From: a virus | Lineage: Duplodnaviria; Caudoviricetes | DNA length: 58,643 nucleotides | Virus record (IMG/VR): IMGVR_UViG_3300033552_000006 | Location: 1 to 58,643 of that record | Strand: one strand, 5' to 3' | Shown here: positions 51,501-56,371 of the stretch, piece after piece | Numbering within the stretch: position 1 is the first letter of the stretch | How the letters are laid out: every line of letters starts with the position of its first letter | Notes under the pieces: generated by a model | Database searches by the model: none | The model's input: the letters and a program-made list of their open reading frames with translations, nothing else | Told to the model about the DNA's origin: nothing | Translations under genes and position numbers: made by a program

Positions 51501-51554
51501 ATGAGTGTGCTAAAAATGATAACACATGGTGGTCAGACTGATGCTGGTAAGTAA
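39516..51554 (+). CDS. virion RNA polymerase polyprotein (zincin domain + two-barrel RNAP)
   Basis: TRIPSHG...AGSDYDGDSL catalytic loop (DYDGD at 47076-47090, aa 2521-2525); HEMSH at 43071-43085 with downstream EELF; 4012 aa. Confidence 0.9.
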   Translation: MGKIFKSNNLDPAGVNIPTAEQNQAEFLDMQSKSQENIDMQTADYLAKEKKKQYGDINAATQDSGMAGMQEEFQGMAGTETAIQNQDQSQLPKAYNMDDIHRNWLGQTGESFMKGLGDTVIGSTGDLLNFATAPLDGFTMLEGNILGNALREYGDEMADEHTTFLKKKLEGQELTWGSLADPDFWSTNVAEMIPMALEFMVTGFGAGAAAKKGAGFFVKSLGTEARLLKAMQTSTDVAEGLAGSGRLVKDIIGTGKGIKDFSLAKYLTRNVDGVLEMSKFSKEFAGAAGAGAANNLLTGAVNGMEAHREMVSQNEQDIAKGIAPRYTEDEMAQVATGTFTRNMLYAPMDMISWGLSYGKAGEKLMAGMSKKMVLKPAEEIAKQTAASFTKSTFPLVKGIMGAAGHGFMEGAEETFQETYEEWARLKSREKHLGEKAPDYWDFYFSKENKNTKVASFAMGALMGGAMNLNFKKAAEEGLNYRDRSEVLRATIDVNDKGGQNAKTYHIRNQMIDLLHDDKVEHFDAFMSSLLAKGTIDEEQLNEYTKEFQEVSVDYNAAANLNVAGKYALAENTIKAKSLSRFIENEKASYAEKQASLKENFDGEENNAVLHQEQLQELADLENTMAEAENPITAEKIKHIKESIAEHKNSPVQAQYAKLESEHNQQVEMLSLNLAMANANRMNLISGKSATPLNIKFWKNSNGVEQVFITEDSKEYYEEGFSYSNENKNDPNLKDKKSMSEGDLQSFQAEGDVLAGLSDKQYEQFVNMSSEEVFESAKRNHENMLKNASKETIKIYDKIMGKGKELVGKVKAKLDANGNPVLDEEGNPVMEPDTAETTPTSTKPINPNISPSGEENAYEKAYQEGGLETAKEAEARKIAEEEAKFKEKQSTEPKTKEQQIEDFFKGMNADEGAQKKMKEYAERLANGESEEKVFEGINLDGAIANGTREYLNIIQDSQIDENLNQKPTYSVVKDKVTGKYSLVDTVTGEPHPNGKTYTTSISAKKDLGNASVVGTVVKGAWTGTKGAVKLAGKGLKYAAKTGRGIAKEGGEIIEKTQEEIQNALDQKAKEKANTQNVNQDAMRKKIMHDAYYSSSARNIANNPNAAVSKQELDAYLDTKIAAFKWGPRAIEEQYTINRILKAKGIDVNVVIAQNLFSAVGTHAVGYALASTIYIDEKVWNQPAVFMHEMSHIHYQLTQNTPATKAVVEFARRDAKLVEKVERLYATKVIYESEGKKFTLETFLNDIGGQEAYQDVIDEHGMEAFLADIGITKAPDSEQSVINEELFTHTLEGPMAKNFNQALEPIRERGRKIESKKWWSWLKGNQVTFEPFALDVAEKLNKGVAINRNDLFEHVMSKFSEEVAKKPKSAFTASGHASIVDMQQANAIANHQRITASKIEQRQSYDAEEAKKKNRATTYARLAQKIKADINISMKDMSELERRNETEFQLEELENSMLEEGAFDDYELAKSVQFRGATRILNSFTKSLNYVKRQRFAAADGIASDFNEDDLLDRDALISEFYSLAFEHKGNTNGFIDSIETSQVEEVYQFNQYMEKMHPGEKHMYLSSMAHVMANTQTISAIKSVVTADGKWETVNALSETENHKVQNHMAKMERDENLHYNHKTDENASLPVQNYQYFIDAYNDIKSGNQNDESYLGILRMIAPTGTKFSALINNQTINMKGHNINVRVLIDKMVKSKVAENENGKIAVYKLKPFIEAIVDSNRKFTSYSVIQNAEGNMEPSKITNNHLLSEINAMNEFLVKDAKGNFPTFKSFKERYSHLSDASNRTHENPVLRGIYDNAKSNTARPSLTQYAGLTHLQNGANSLYKNSTDFAQTIEDFMLFSKYTSKNYVQTLSAMADSPRKFMMTVERILHKDAFNSKNELTLKGKRLLESSWKIYDKSNENLSGKKKAMTMQTQGEFFTKFDQSVSKEIARWNENAKDLIANKTIEPTYFTNGKLNANGENKIREFVLNQTVNGMALAEIFNPGIPFNDIVKRNKGNSSPVITFGNKNLKMEAIPIDDTKSELGSNSGMYMTQAMAQKIIDAGLGVFDLNHGLKLLNYHVERDNPNFKGVSAYFKGYTTIISEETLITEPGLKGIYQLLTEREEKYNGEYFDKYGVSPSLDITNGEENYINYAVPYSAIKSDLFSAEQQQSLSGITYEALEANLSDHQNRLQGDKETVTEYDKMHAALDALYYGDNGFMGLSTNNFGPQQIMDKQTEEAVTPVQFMSSVIVNGMVGNNLEMGEEIQKLIRTDMKNNLDEVISELGNMEPAKYKAFILKNLDLENMDQTQRLMIEESLTNLNHPAVSDFITNTLANRLKQAGNKLKTNGSVAQQKPSLHFKYGRGKNYSINGRTGLAGFTDRHNADGSVGTMVNEIVLPKHMKDKVIFRQYLDENDPQAMRIIKANADLMGKFTKATTENDAQAKSDVMKQVALMIARSRHGQARTKGSYGHDVNDYIGEFYEDGVAKGWFVRGESVMGTRIPSHGPASTGVFEAVDYLEGEGNQTIVSEEFSDIAGSDYDGDSLFIQRKGKETPNFNQALEKTVDLWTSPGMKNQIKAKIEFEKEVESVIGDQKVEKQMPMSPAYHREAYNNTMISKRNIGIIFNTHRIANYLAAYNVKLNSPINIDGTRVDAFSDKEVGQESRNNQSAMLANIILDNTKWGFADALGLNDQTINQYSLLTNMGFSLKQINGIMNSKAVKVWNKHQANNQNPFATKMKNADVKKAILTELGIDDSKVKAISINTSADKINSKEQMKHIIQMMETLETMNADILHISKIMAGHKGIENDPFVLEKQLSAFDQVINSDKNNALLTFPKAFRDNPDISAYHDNASRILEIMKKANTIYNKSTSELIAVLDEKIGFDKKLSKSQQERASDIIKRFTTSRMLGLNNLTSTEKLKVKRQLFKNIQAYEKMLQETKLPGNRGLTQLDKSVLFNRALNINIKHAPGQKNKTEGAKVFDEKSYVSANPRFFNESITEEDRIAVQQEYKALPQNIKDGLLTLDLMKNGLTGKLSLSSIFDEGTNHDISTYAAHDSKTKNNPIDKKVMDKLENLIISNEFKTSKSIQDVSGTVSFKAGDNLVSYIRTNNKIVSDGLQRGNGMIFKVNGKPYIYEGISKEEKDMIRQGNRDAQTQQQAFTTALFGKIKPYKVFEGEDINLEAISIPDIDGSRPTYKSKKSEQSTKAGHMTEATVKFESTIKKKANVGNASLIDYHNYNDVAPLNQREFNVVMEYDQTIDDEQKELVYKTYLDEKKEANDLMATHNQETFSKMTDDNLSKAYSKFAQKDMYAYSVITTPLIMELASRMGVEQSALTEQFEDGKDISLMDSWLNNNNISSNHPVTQNLVKKLGEEYKKFVLERGKYIKSINTATDALYQEKFGLSKNKYVRMGQRVVQSLVNNRIEVYEKLYGNLIEREEIIDANGTTKKTLKFKSEDTIKALHKSGKISQAEMDFYTVFRKTTNHLKQFDGNDKTRKDYIPHTAMGNFEQFANRGLLGLMVNSKGIDSVIEDVKVYTDIGGKKELISFRDAKNHYNALAYSKQQTPKDLLNFEKLKRTAKKLQKTGKNEDGSRLIYSNMQNETLLGMSPLSRFASSRSNTAEIMPSMDLNKALVEYVNASMFTNGNESFKGFKAMMPMIDGVMAYNEKNGYQNAYKYVKEVVKEGFIMKKDQITFSKNTDAVINGLVKSNTMYALGYKGMLIGKGIYAIGNLAVGKYMNIKREGGKSWAVGEARYWGVDKGISLDTLDRRRRAKNILSNLGYMEADFYDDVDIEAKSGIDNVFTQMALLPMSVTENWIQKSHMLGMLTDEEFDKFDEKGQYKTGETQIQMERVQKLEERVKNSHGKGFSPTDQSRIHRYAVGKMFMQFSRHLPVQIRERFAKEDIDMNGQKYIGSLRQVGKTAVDIFNNRMTPDKFKEYYADLEPHQKEALLAGLRGMALMTTLGMIAGHSTDASQMTSGTDASSVASGVMSDANIHFDLDRLGLKTIPPSVRSAMSVLKMITHGGQTDAGK

Positions 51555-51559
51555 AAAAG

Positions 51560-51595
51560 AAAAGGCGAGATTCAGTATATGTTTCTCGCCTTTTT
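51560..51595. terminator. bidirectional intrinsic terminator
   Basis: AAAAGGCGAGA...TCTCGCCTTTTT between convergent genes. Confidence 0.85.
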
Positions 51596-51601
51596 AATTA
51601 T

Positions 51602-51883
51602 TTATATCAATATCACTTCAAATGTGTGAAACACTAAAACTCCTCCTGCCATTTGAAAAGTTCCAATGTGTTTTAATTCTGCATTTTCTATTTCAGGTAT
51701 TGGATTCCCTGTTCCAAATATTTTAAAATGTCTGAATACTTTTTTCGCATTTACATCTACCAAAGCCCAAATACAAGGAACGTATCCTTGCATTTGATTT
51801 GTTAGTATTTCTGCTCCTATTGGCATTTCAATAATGTTGTCGTCCATGTTAGGCATTTGGAATTTCCATATTTGTTTTTTCAT
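51602..51883 (-). CDS. conserved small phage protein
   Basis: IWKF...MP.GAEIL..Q...CIWALVD...GTG...IGT.Q...VFH.FE pattern, widespread in phages. Confidence 0.75.
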   Translation of the reverse strand: MKKQIWKFQMPNMDDNIIEMPIGAEILTNQMQGYVPCIWALVDVNAKKVFRHFKIFGTGNPIPEIENAELKHIGTFQMAGGVLVFHTFEVILI

Positions 51884-51913
51884 AATTTATATATTAAGTA
51901 TTGTTTATTAAAT

Positions 51914-51967
51914 TTATAACTTGCGCTAGTAGCCATTGAAAAAACGGCGACTAGCTGACAGTTATGC
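51914..51967 (+). other. attC-like site 1 (54 bp)
   Basis: TTATAAC...GCTAGT/ACTAGC stem...GTTATGC. Confidence 0.7.
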
Positions 51968-51972
51968 AACAG

Positions 51973-52356
51973 CTACCGTATATTGCGTATAATTCGATTT
52001 CGTAATTTTCTTTTTTGTGTTGCTTTTAATTGTTTATTATTAAATTGAAATTTTTCTTCTAAATCAAATTTTCCAAAAGAGTATTTTAAACGAAAATAAA
52101 TTTGGTAGATACACTCATTAAAATCATTTTCTTGGTCAAAAGCACCTTTTACCATCACACTTTCCATAAATTCTGATTGCGTTTTTTCTTTAAAACAAAA
52201 ACAACCATCTTTAAAATAAAAATTAAAGTGTTTATAATATTTACCTATTTTATTTCTTAATGCAATTTTAATTTTCGACAACAAAGCCGATTGCATAACA
52301 CTCGTTTGCACGCATTGCGGGTTTTGTGGTTCAATCATATTTTCGTTTCGCATCAT
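51973..52356 (-). CDS. cassette ORF, hypothetical; 5' end lies inside attC-like site 2
   Basis: ORF track; bounded by GTTATGCAA and TTGCATAAC. Confidence 0.65.
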   Translation of the reverse strand: MMRNENMIEPQNPQCVQTSVMQSALLSKIKIALRNKIGKYYKHFNFYFKDGCFCFKEKTQSEFMESVMVKGAFDQENDFNECIYQIYFRLKYSFGKFDLEEKFQFNNKQLKATQKRKLRNRIIRNIR

Positions 52357-52425
52357 ATTTATTTTAAGTTAGAAATTTTATTTTTACGAAGCCCGCAACG
52401 ACAAGCAAGCGAGATAACGTTATCA
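52293..52425 (+). other. attC-like site 2 (133 bp)
   Basis: GCATAAC, CTCGTTTGC/GCAAGCGAG and TTGCGGG/CCCGCAA stems, GTTATCA. Confidence 0.75.
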
Positions 52426-52444
52426 GGAATACTACGTTTCCGTT

Positions 52445-52669
52445 TCATAAGAAACCTATTCCTCTGTTGTAATCGCTAGACATTTCGTTTAAATACTTTT
52501 GTTGTTCATTTTCTATGATGCCTAATTCATAAGCTTCAATTAAAGTTAATTCTCTTTCATAAGTCATTCCTTGAAATTTATATTCTAAACTTATTGATTC
52601 CCCTATTGTAAAAACTTTTGCTTTCACATTAGTTTTTCCGTCAATGTGTTTAATTGTTATTGTTTTCAT
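52445..52669 (-). CDS. cassette ORF, hypothetical
   Basis: ORF track 52445-52756; MKTITIK start at 52669 preferred (A-rich leader). Confidence 0.6.
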   Translation of the reverse strand: MKTITIKHIDGKTNVKAKVFTIGESISLEYKFQGMTYERELTLIEAYELGIIENEQQKYLNEMSSDYNRGIGFL

Positions 52670-52700
52670 AACATATTTAGTTTTAATTAATTCGTACTCC

Positions 52701-52779
52701 TGATAACAAGTGTTTGTAAATACCAGCCGAATTAAGGTTAGTGTGTAGGCTGGCATCTACAAGCACCGATACGTTATCT
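52701..52779 (+). other. attC-like site 3 (79 bp)
   Basis: TGATAAC, GTGTTTGTA/TACAAGCAC and CCAGCC/GGCTGG stems, GTTATCT. Confidence 0.75.
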
Positions 52780-53106
52780 TCAATTGCTACTATTAGGGTA
52801 ATCATTGCTTTTTTTTTCTAGATATTCTTTTTCTTCGTATTTTAAATATACTTTTTTAATTGTTCCGTTTGATTCAAATGTGTTATAAAAAAGCCTTTTA
52901 ATCCGTACCTTATTTATTCCGATACTGTCTTTTTTTTCTTCTTTATTTATCGCAAAACCTTTTTGAACCCATTTACCTGTATAATAATAATTGTATGCGG
53001 TTTCGGTTGTGTCTTTTATTTCCAGAATCAAATTAACATTTTTTGTTTGGCTAAAAATAGCATTTGATAATAATAGTAATATAATTGGCAATTTGATATT
53101 TATCAT
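52780..53106 (-). CDS. cassette ORF, secreted protein with a signal peptide
   Basis: MINIKLPIILLLLSNAIFS|Q. Confidence 0.65.
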   Translation of the reverse strand: MINIKLPIILLLLSNAIFSQTKNVNLILEIKDTTETAYNYYYTGKWVQKGFAINKEEKKDSIGINKVRIKRLFYNTFESNGTIKKVYLKYEEKEYLEKKSNDYPNSSN

Positions 53107-53134
53107 AATTTTTAGTTTAAAACCCGCAAATAGA

Positions 53135-53271
53135 ATATAACAGCACCTATACTCAATTTGTCAATCGGTGATTGTTTGTGAGCAATTAGTGTTACACGGT
53201 TTACACTCTTTTTTGTCCAGTTTTTACCGTGATAAACTGGACAAAATGCGTATAGCAGCGAGACGTTATGT
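53135..53271 (+). other. attC-like site 4 (137 bp)
   Basis: ATATAAC, CTATAC/GTATAG and TTTGTC/GACAAA stems, GTTATGT overlapping the dnaG stop codon. Confidence 0.7.
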
Positions 53272-55179
53272 ATTAAGTTCTTTTTTAATTCTAATCATAA
53301 GGTCAATGTAATGCTTTACATTCTGCTTGTTAGGTTTGTCCTTCTTGCTTTCTTCCTCTATCAGACATTCTATGTAAACTGTCTTATAGAAAAGCAAATT
53401 CTGTCGAATAGCATTTTGAAGTATCAAATGAAGCTCTGGAACTTCTCCCGGCTTTATAATTCCACCTGTCGCAGTCAAAACATTCTTATTACCGTTCAGT
53501 TCTTCATTGCGCATTTCATTTGCTAATAAAAACGTCTCTTCGCTTAAAACGTTACGCAAAGAATTAAAGTCTCTTAAATCAACGGATTTGGCTTTGTCAT
53601 AAATATAAGAAAAGGTAAGATTTAAAAAGTGAATGCCATCGTTCTCCAATTCATAAATGACTTTATCGAGTACTGTTCGCTTGGCATCAAAGTTTACTTC
53701 CTTGTACGTTTGTTGCCCTATCATTCCGGCTTTGTCCAGTAGCACCTCTTTGAAGGTAAGTTCTAAAGAACCATAAGCTAATATGTACTGCAATATCTTG
53801 CGTTCACATTGCTTCTGTATGAAGTTCTTGCTTGAAACAAACTGCCCGTAAAAGCTTTGTGGTGCTGCCACATTAAAGACTACTTGCTCTGCTGTGTATT
53901 TCTTAAGTGTAGTATGTAGCATTTCAATATTTATCTTAGAGATATTGGCACATTGGCTGAGGTATATTTCCCTTTGTATGGCACTTGGCATCTTGGCAAT
54001 ACTGCTTACTACATCTTCAATAGCTTCTCCTCTGAGGGCTATATTATCTGCTGCCATACGAAGCAAGTGCTGAAGCTTAAACAGTACAAAGTCCACTGCA
54101 TTCTCGGAAATATAATTCTCTATCTGCTCTTGAGTCCTTGCTTTGGCAAAATCATCAGGATCCTGTCCATCGGGAAGTATCAAAACTTTTACATTCATTC
54201 CCTCTGGAAGCAATACGTCAATTCCTCGAAGTGCTGCTTTTAGTCCGGGCAAATCGCCATCAAACATTACCACTACATTTTTAGTGAAACGTTTAATCAG
54301 TTTTACCTGTTCAGTAGTCAATGCAGTTCCAGCGGAAGCTACCGTATTTTCTACTCCTTTTTGGTGGAACATAATTACATCAAGATACCCTTCAGTAAGC
54401 AAACATTGGTTCTTTTCGGATATAGATTTCTTGGCTTCGTATATGCCATACAACGCTTCGGACTTGTTGTATATAATACTGTCCGAACTGTTTACGTACT
54501 TCGCCATGTTATCATCCTTCACCATTATCCTACCGCCAAAGCCAATGATGTTTCCCGCTATATTTTTGATAGGAAACATTACCCTGTTTCGGAACTTGTC
54601 GTATAGCTTATTCTTTTCAGGTAAGTAACCCAGTACCGAAGCTTCCACTGCCAATTTCCAATTGAATCCGTTATTGATTAACTGATTGGTTAATCCTGAT
54701 ACGGTTGCTGGTCCAAAGCCTATCTCAAACTTCTGTATGGTTTCTGCGGTAAGTTGCCTTTCTCCATAAACATAGTTCAGCACTTCTTGAAAGTAATTCA
54801 GATTAGCCTTGTAATATTCATTGGCTGTCTTGGTTATTATAAACAAGGACTCTTTGTGTTGAGCTAAAAGCTTTTCTTCGTTAGTACTTTCAGTTTCTAA
54901 AAATTCAATGCTATACAGCTTACACAAATGCCTTATCGCTTCGGGGTAATTCATCATTTCCTTTTCCATGATAAAAGTAGCTATACCACCACCTTTGCTG
55001 GAACTGAAACATTTGAATATCCCTTTAGTTGGCGAAACCATAAAGGAAGGGGAACGCTCGTTGGTAAAAGGGGAGAAGCCTTTGTAATTGCTTCCCGCCC
55101 GTTTTAAGTCCACGTATTTCCCGATTACCTCTACAATGTCCAAAGCGAATACTTTGTCAATCGTTTCTTGTAGTATCAA
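53266..55179 (-). CDS. dnaG: DNA primase, bacterial DnaG type
   Basis: SPF..ERSPSF.V zinc-finger region, FRNRVMFPI, GFGGR, KYVNS, EGYLDV, GTALT, FDGD..G, DPDD. Confidence 0.95.
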   Translation of the reverse strand: MILQETIDKVFALDIVEVIGKYVDLKRAGSNYKGFSPFTNERSPSFMVSPTKGIFKCFSSSKGGGIATFIMEKEMMNYPEAIRHLCKLYSIEFLETESTNEEKLLAQHKESLFIITKTANEYYKANLNYFQEVLNYVYGERQLTAETIQKFEIGFGPATVSGLTNQLINNGFNWKLAVEASVLGYLPEKNKLYDKFRNRVMFPIKNIAGNIIGFGGRIMVKDDNMAKYVNSSDSIIYNKSEALYGIYEAKKSISEKNQCLLTEGYLDVIMFHQKGVENTVASAGTALTTEQVKLIKRFTKNVVVMFDGDLPGLKAALRGIDVLLPEGMNVKVLILPDGQDPDDFAKARTQEQIENYISENAVDFVLFKLQHLLRMAADNIALRGEAIEDVVSSIAKMPSAIQREIYLSQCANISKINIEMLHTTLKKYTAEQVVFNVAAPQSFYGQFVSSKNFIQKQCERKILQYILAYGSLELTFKEVLLDKAGMIGQQTYKEVNFDAKRTVLDKVIYELENDGIHFLNLTFSYIYDKAKSVDLRDFNSLRNVLSEETFLLANEMRNEELNGNKNVLTATGGIIKPGEVPELHLILQNAIRQNLLFYKTVYIECLIEEESKKDKPNKQNVKHYIDLMIRIKKELNT

Positions 55180-55185
55180 AATTTT

Positions 55186-55488
55186 TTATTTTTTGTTGAT
55201 AATATAATCAATTTGAGCAGCGATTAAAGCGCCGGCTTTTGCAAGTTCTTTAATTCTGTTTTCTGGGGTAGGTTTCCAGTATTTTAAATCCCAAGGCCAA
55301 AATCTATTAATTATAGAAACCCATGAATTACCCCACCAAAGTTCTCTTAAATCTGTTGGTAATGCGTAAATGGCTGCGGCTTTTGCCAGTTGTTGTTCAG
55401 CATACAAAGAATCGTTTGTATAATCAAATCCTAATTCTTTAATTTGTCTTTCACGCTCAATGGCGATTATTTCTATTCCTGTTTTCAT
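55186..55488 (-). CDS. conserved all-alpha phage protein
   Basis: ERERQ...LA.AA..YA...WPW...WKP...L.KAGALIAA.ID pattern, common in phages. Confidence 0.75.
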   Translation of the reverse strand: MKTGIEIIAIERERQIKELGFDYTNDSLYAEQQLAKAAAIYALPTDLRELWWGNSWVSIINRFWPWDLKYWKPTPENRIKELAKAGALIAAQIDYIINKK

Positions 55489-55491
55489 AAT

Positions 55492-55776
55492 CTAATATCT
55501 ATATTTTAAAATTACTTCATCGTCGCATGGAACCAATTTTTTTATGTTTTCTAGGTTGCATACTTTCTGGCCGTTTCTTTCGCAAAACTCCCATCCTTGC
55601 CATGCCCAACAAATGTATATTACCCAATCATTAGCACCACCACGTTTGGCTATCCAAATCATTTTAGCATTAATATTTGTGTTGGTCATGTAAATGTCTT
55701 GTGTAGAATTTACACATTCTCCCGAATCAAATATTTCACCGGGAGATAATGCTTTTAATTTGTCTACTGTTAACAT
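55492..55776 (-). CDS. hypothetical protein
   Basis: Packed ORF in the leftward operon. Confidence 0.7.
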   Translation of the reverse strand: MLTVDKLKALSPGEIFDSGECVNSTQDIYMTNTNINAKMIWIAKRGGANDWVIYICWAWQGWEFCERNGQKVCNLENIKKLVPCDDEVILKYRY

Positions 55777-55778
55777 GG

Positions 55779-56000
55779 CTATAAAAGTTCAAGAGTTTTT
55801 TCTTTGCAATAACGAGCATCTTCTCCTAGTCCATTACTTTCTAAATACTGTAGAAAATCTTTTTTTTGATCTTTAGACAATTTTGTAATTAAATCTTCTA
55901 CTTGCGCGTGTTGCCCGTTTATTTTGCTTTCAACAATGTAAGCGAAGTATTCTTCTATTGTTGTAAAGTCGTATCCTTGAATTGTTTTTTGTGATACCAT
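55779..56000 (-). CDS. hypothetical protein
   Basis: Packed ORF. Confidence 0.7.
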   Translation of the reverse strand: MVSQKTIQGYDFTTIEEYFAYIVESKINGQHAQVEDLITKLSKDQKKDFLQYLESNGLGEDARYCKEKTLELL

Positions 56001-56002
56001 AA

Positions 56003-56371
56003 TTAAATTTTTGATGGAATTGTAATTTTATCAAAATTGCTAGAATTCAAAACAGTGTGAAGCTTAATATGTAATGCTTCAAAAATGTTTAACATTTCTC
56101 CGTGACTATTTTTTGAATAATCATAAACGTAATTGCCATTATTAAAAGAAGGAAGTACTTCTTTAATAATTTTTGTTTGTTCAAATGGCAAAGCACTATC
56201 ACATTTTTTTCTCACTTCTTCTGACAAAGCTAAGTTCATCATATCTCCTTTGTTTACTATTCCTCCGCAGTAAGTTTCCATAAGAAGCTCTATTAAATCC
56301 AATTGTTCTTGAGAGTAAAGATTCAAAAACATATCAATTCTTTTACGGGTATTCTCTATGCTATTTGACAT
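56003..56371 (-). CDS. hypothetical protein
   Basis: Packed ORF overlapping the end of the PcfJ-like gene. Confidence 0.65.
   Translation of the reverse strand: MSNSIENTRKRIDMFLNLYSQEQLDLIELLMETYCGGIVNKGDMMNLALSEEVRKKCDSALPFEQTKIIKEVLPSFNNGNYVYDYSKNSHGEMLNIFEALHIKLHTVLNSSNFDKITIPSKI

Noticed and set aside
2741-51554. Stop-codon reassignment (TAG/TGA), known in some crAss-like phages
   Set aside because: Genes are long and intact in code 11; TAG (e.g. MCP) and TGA serve as real stops
51596-51913. A fourth complete cassette carrying ORF 51602-51883
   Set aside because: The expected left core GTTATAA is absent (TTTATAT at 51601), so the boundary cannot be supported
8041-55179. Introns or inteins in terL, MCP, RNAP or dnaG
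   Set aside because: ORFs are uninterrupted and I saw no LAGLIDADG/HNH or intein splice motifs
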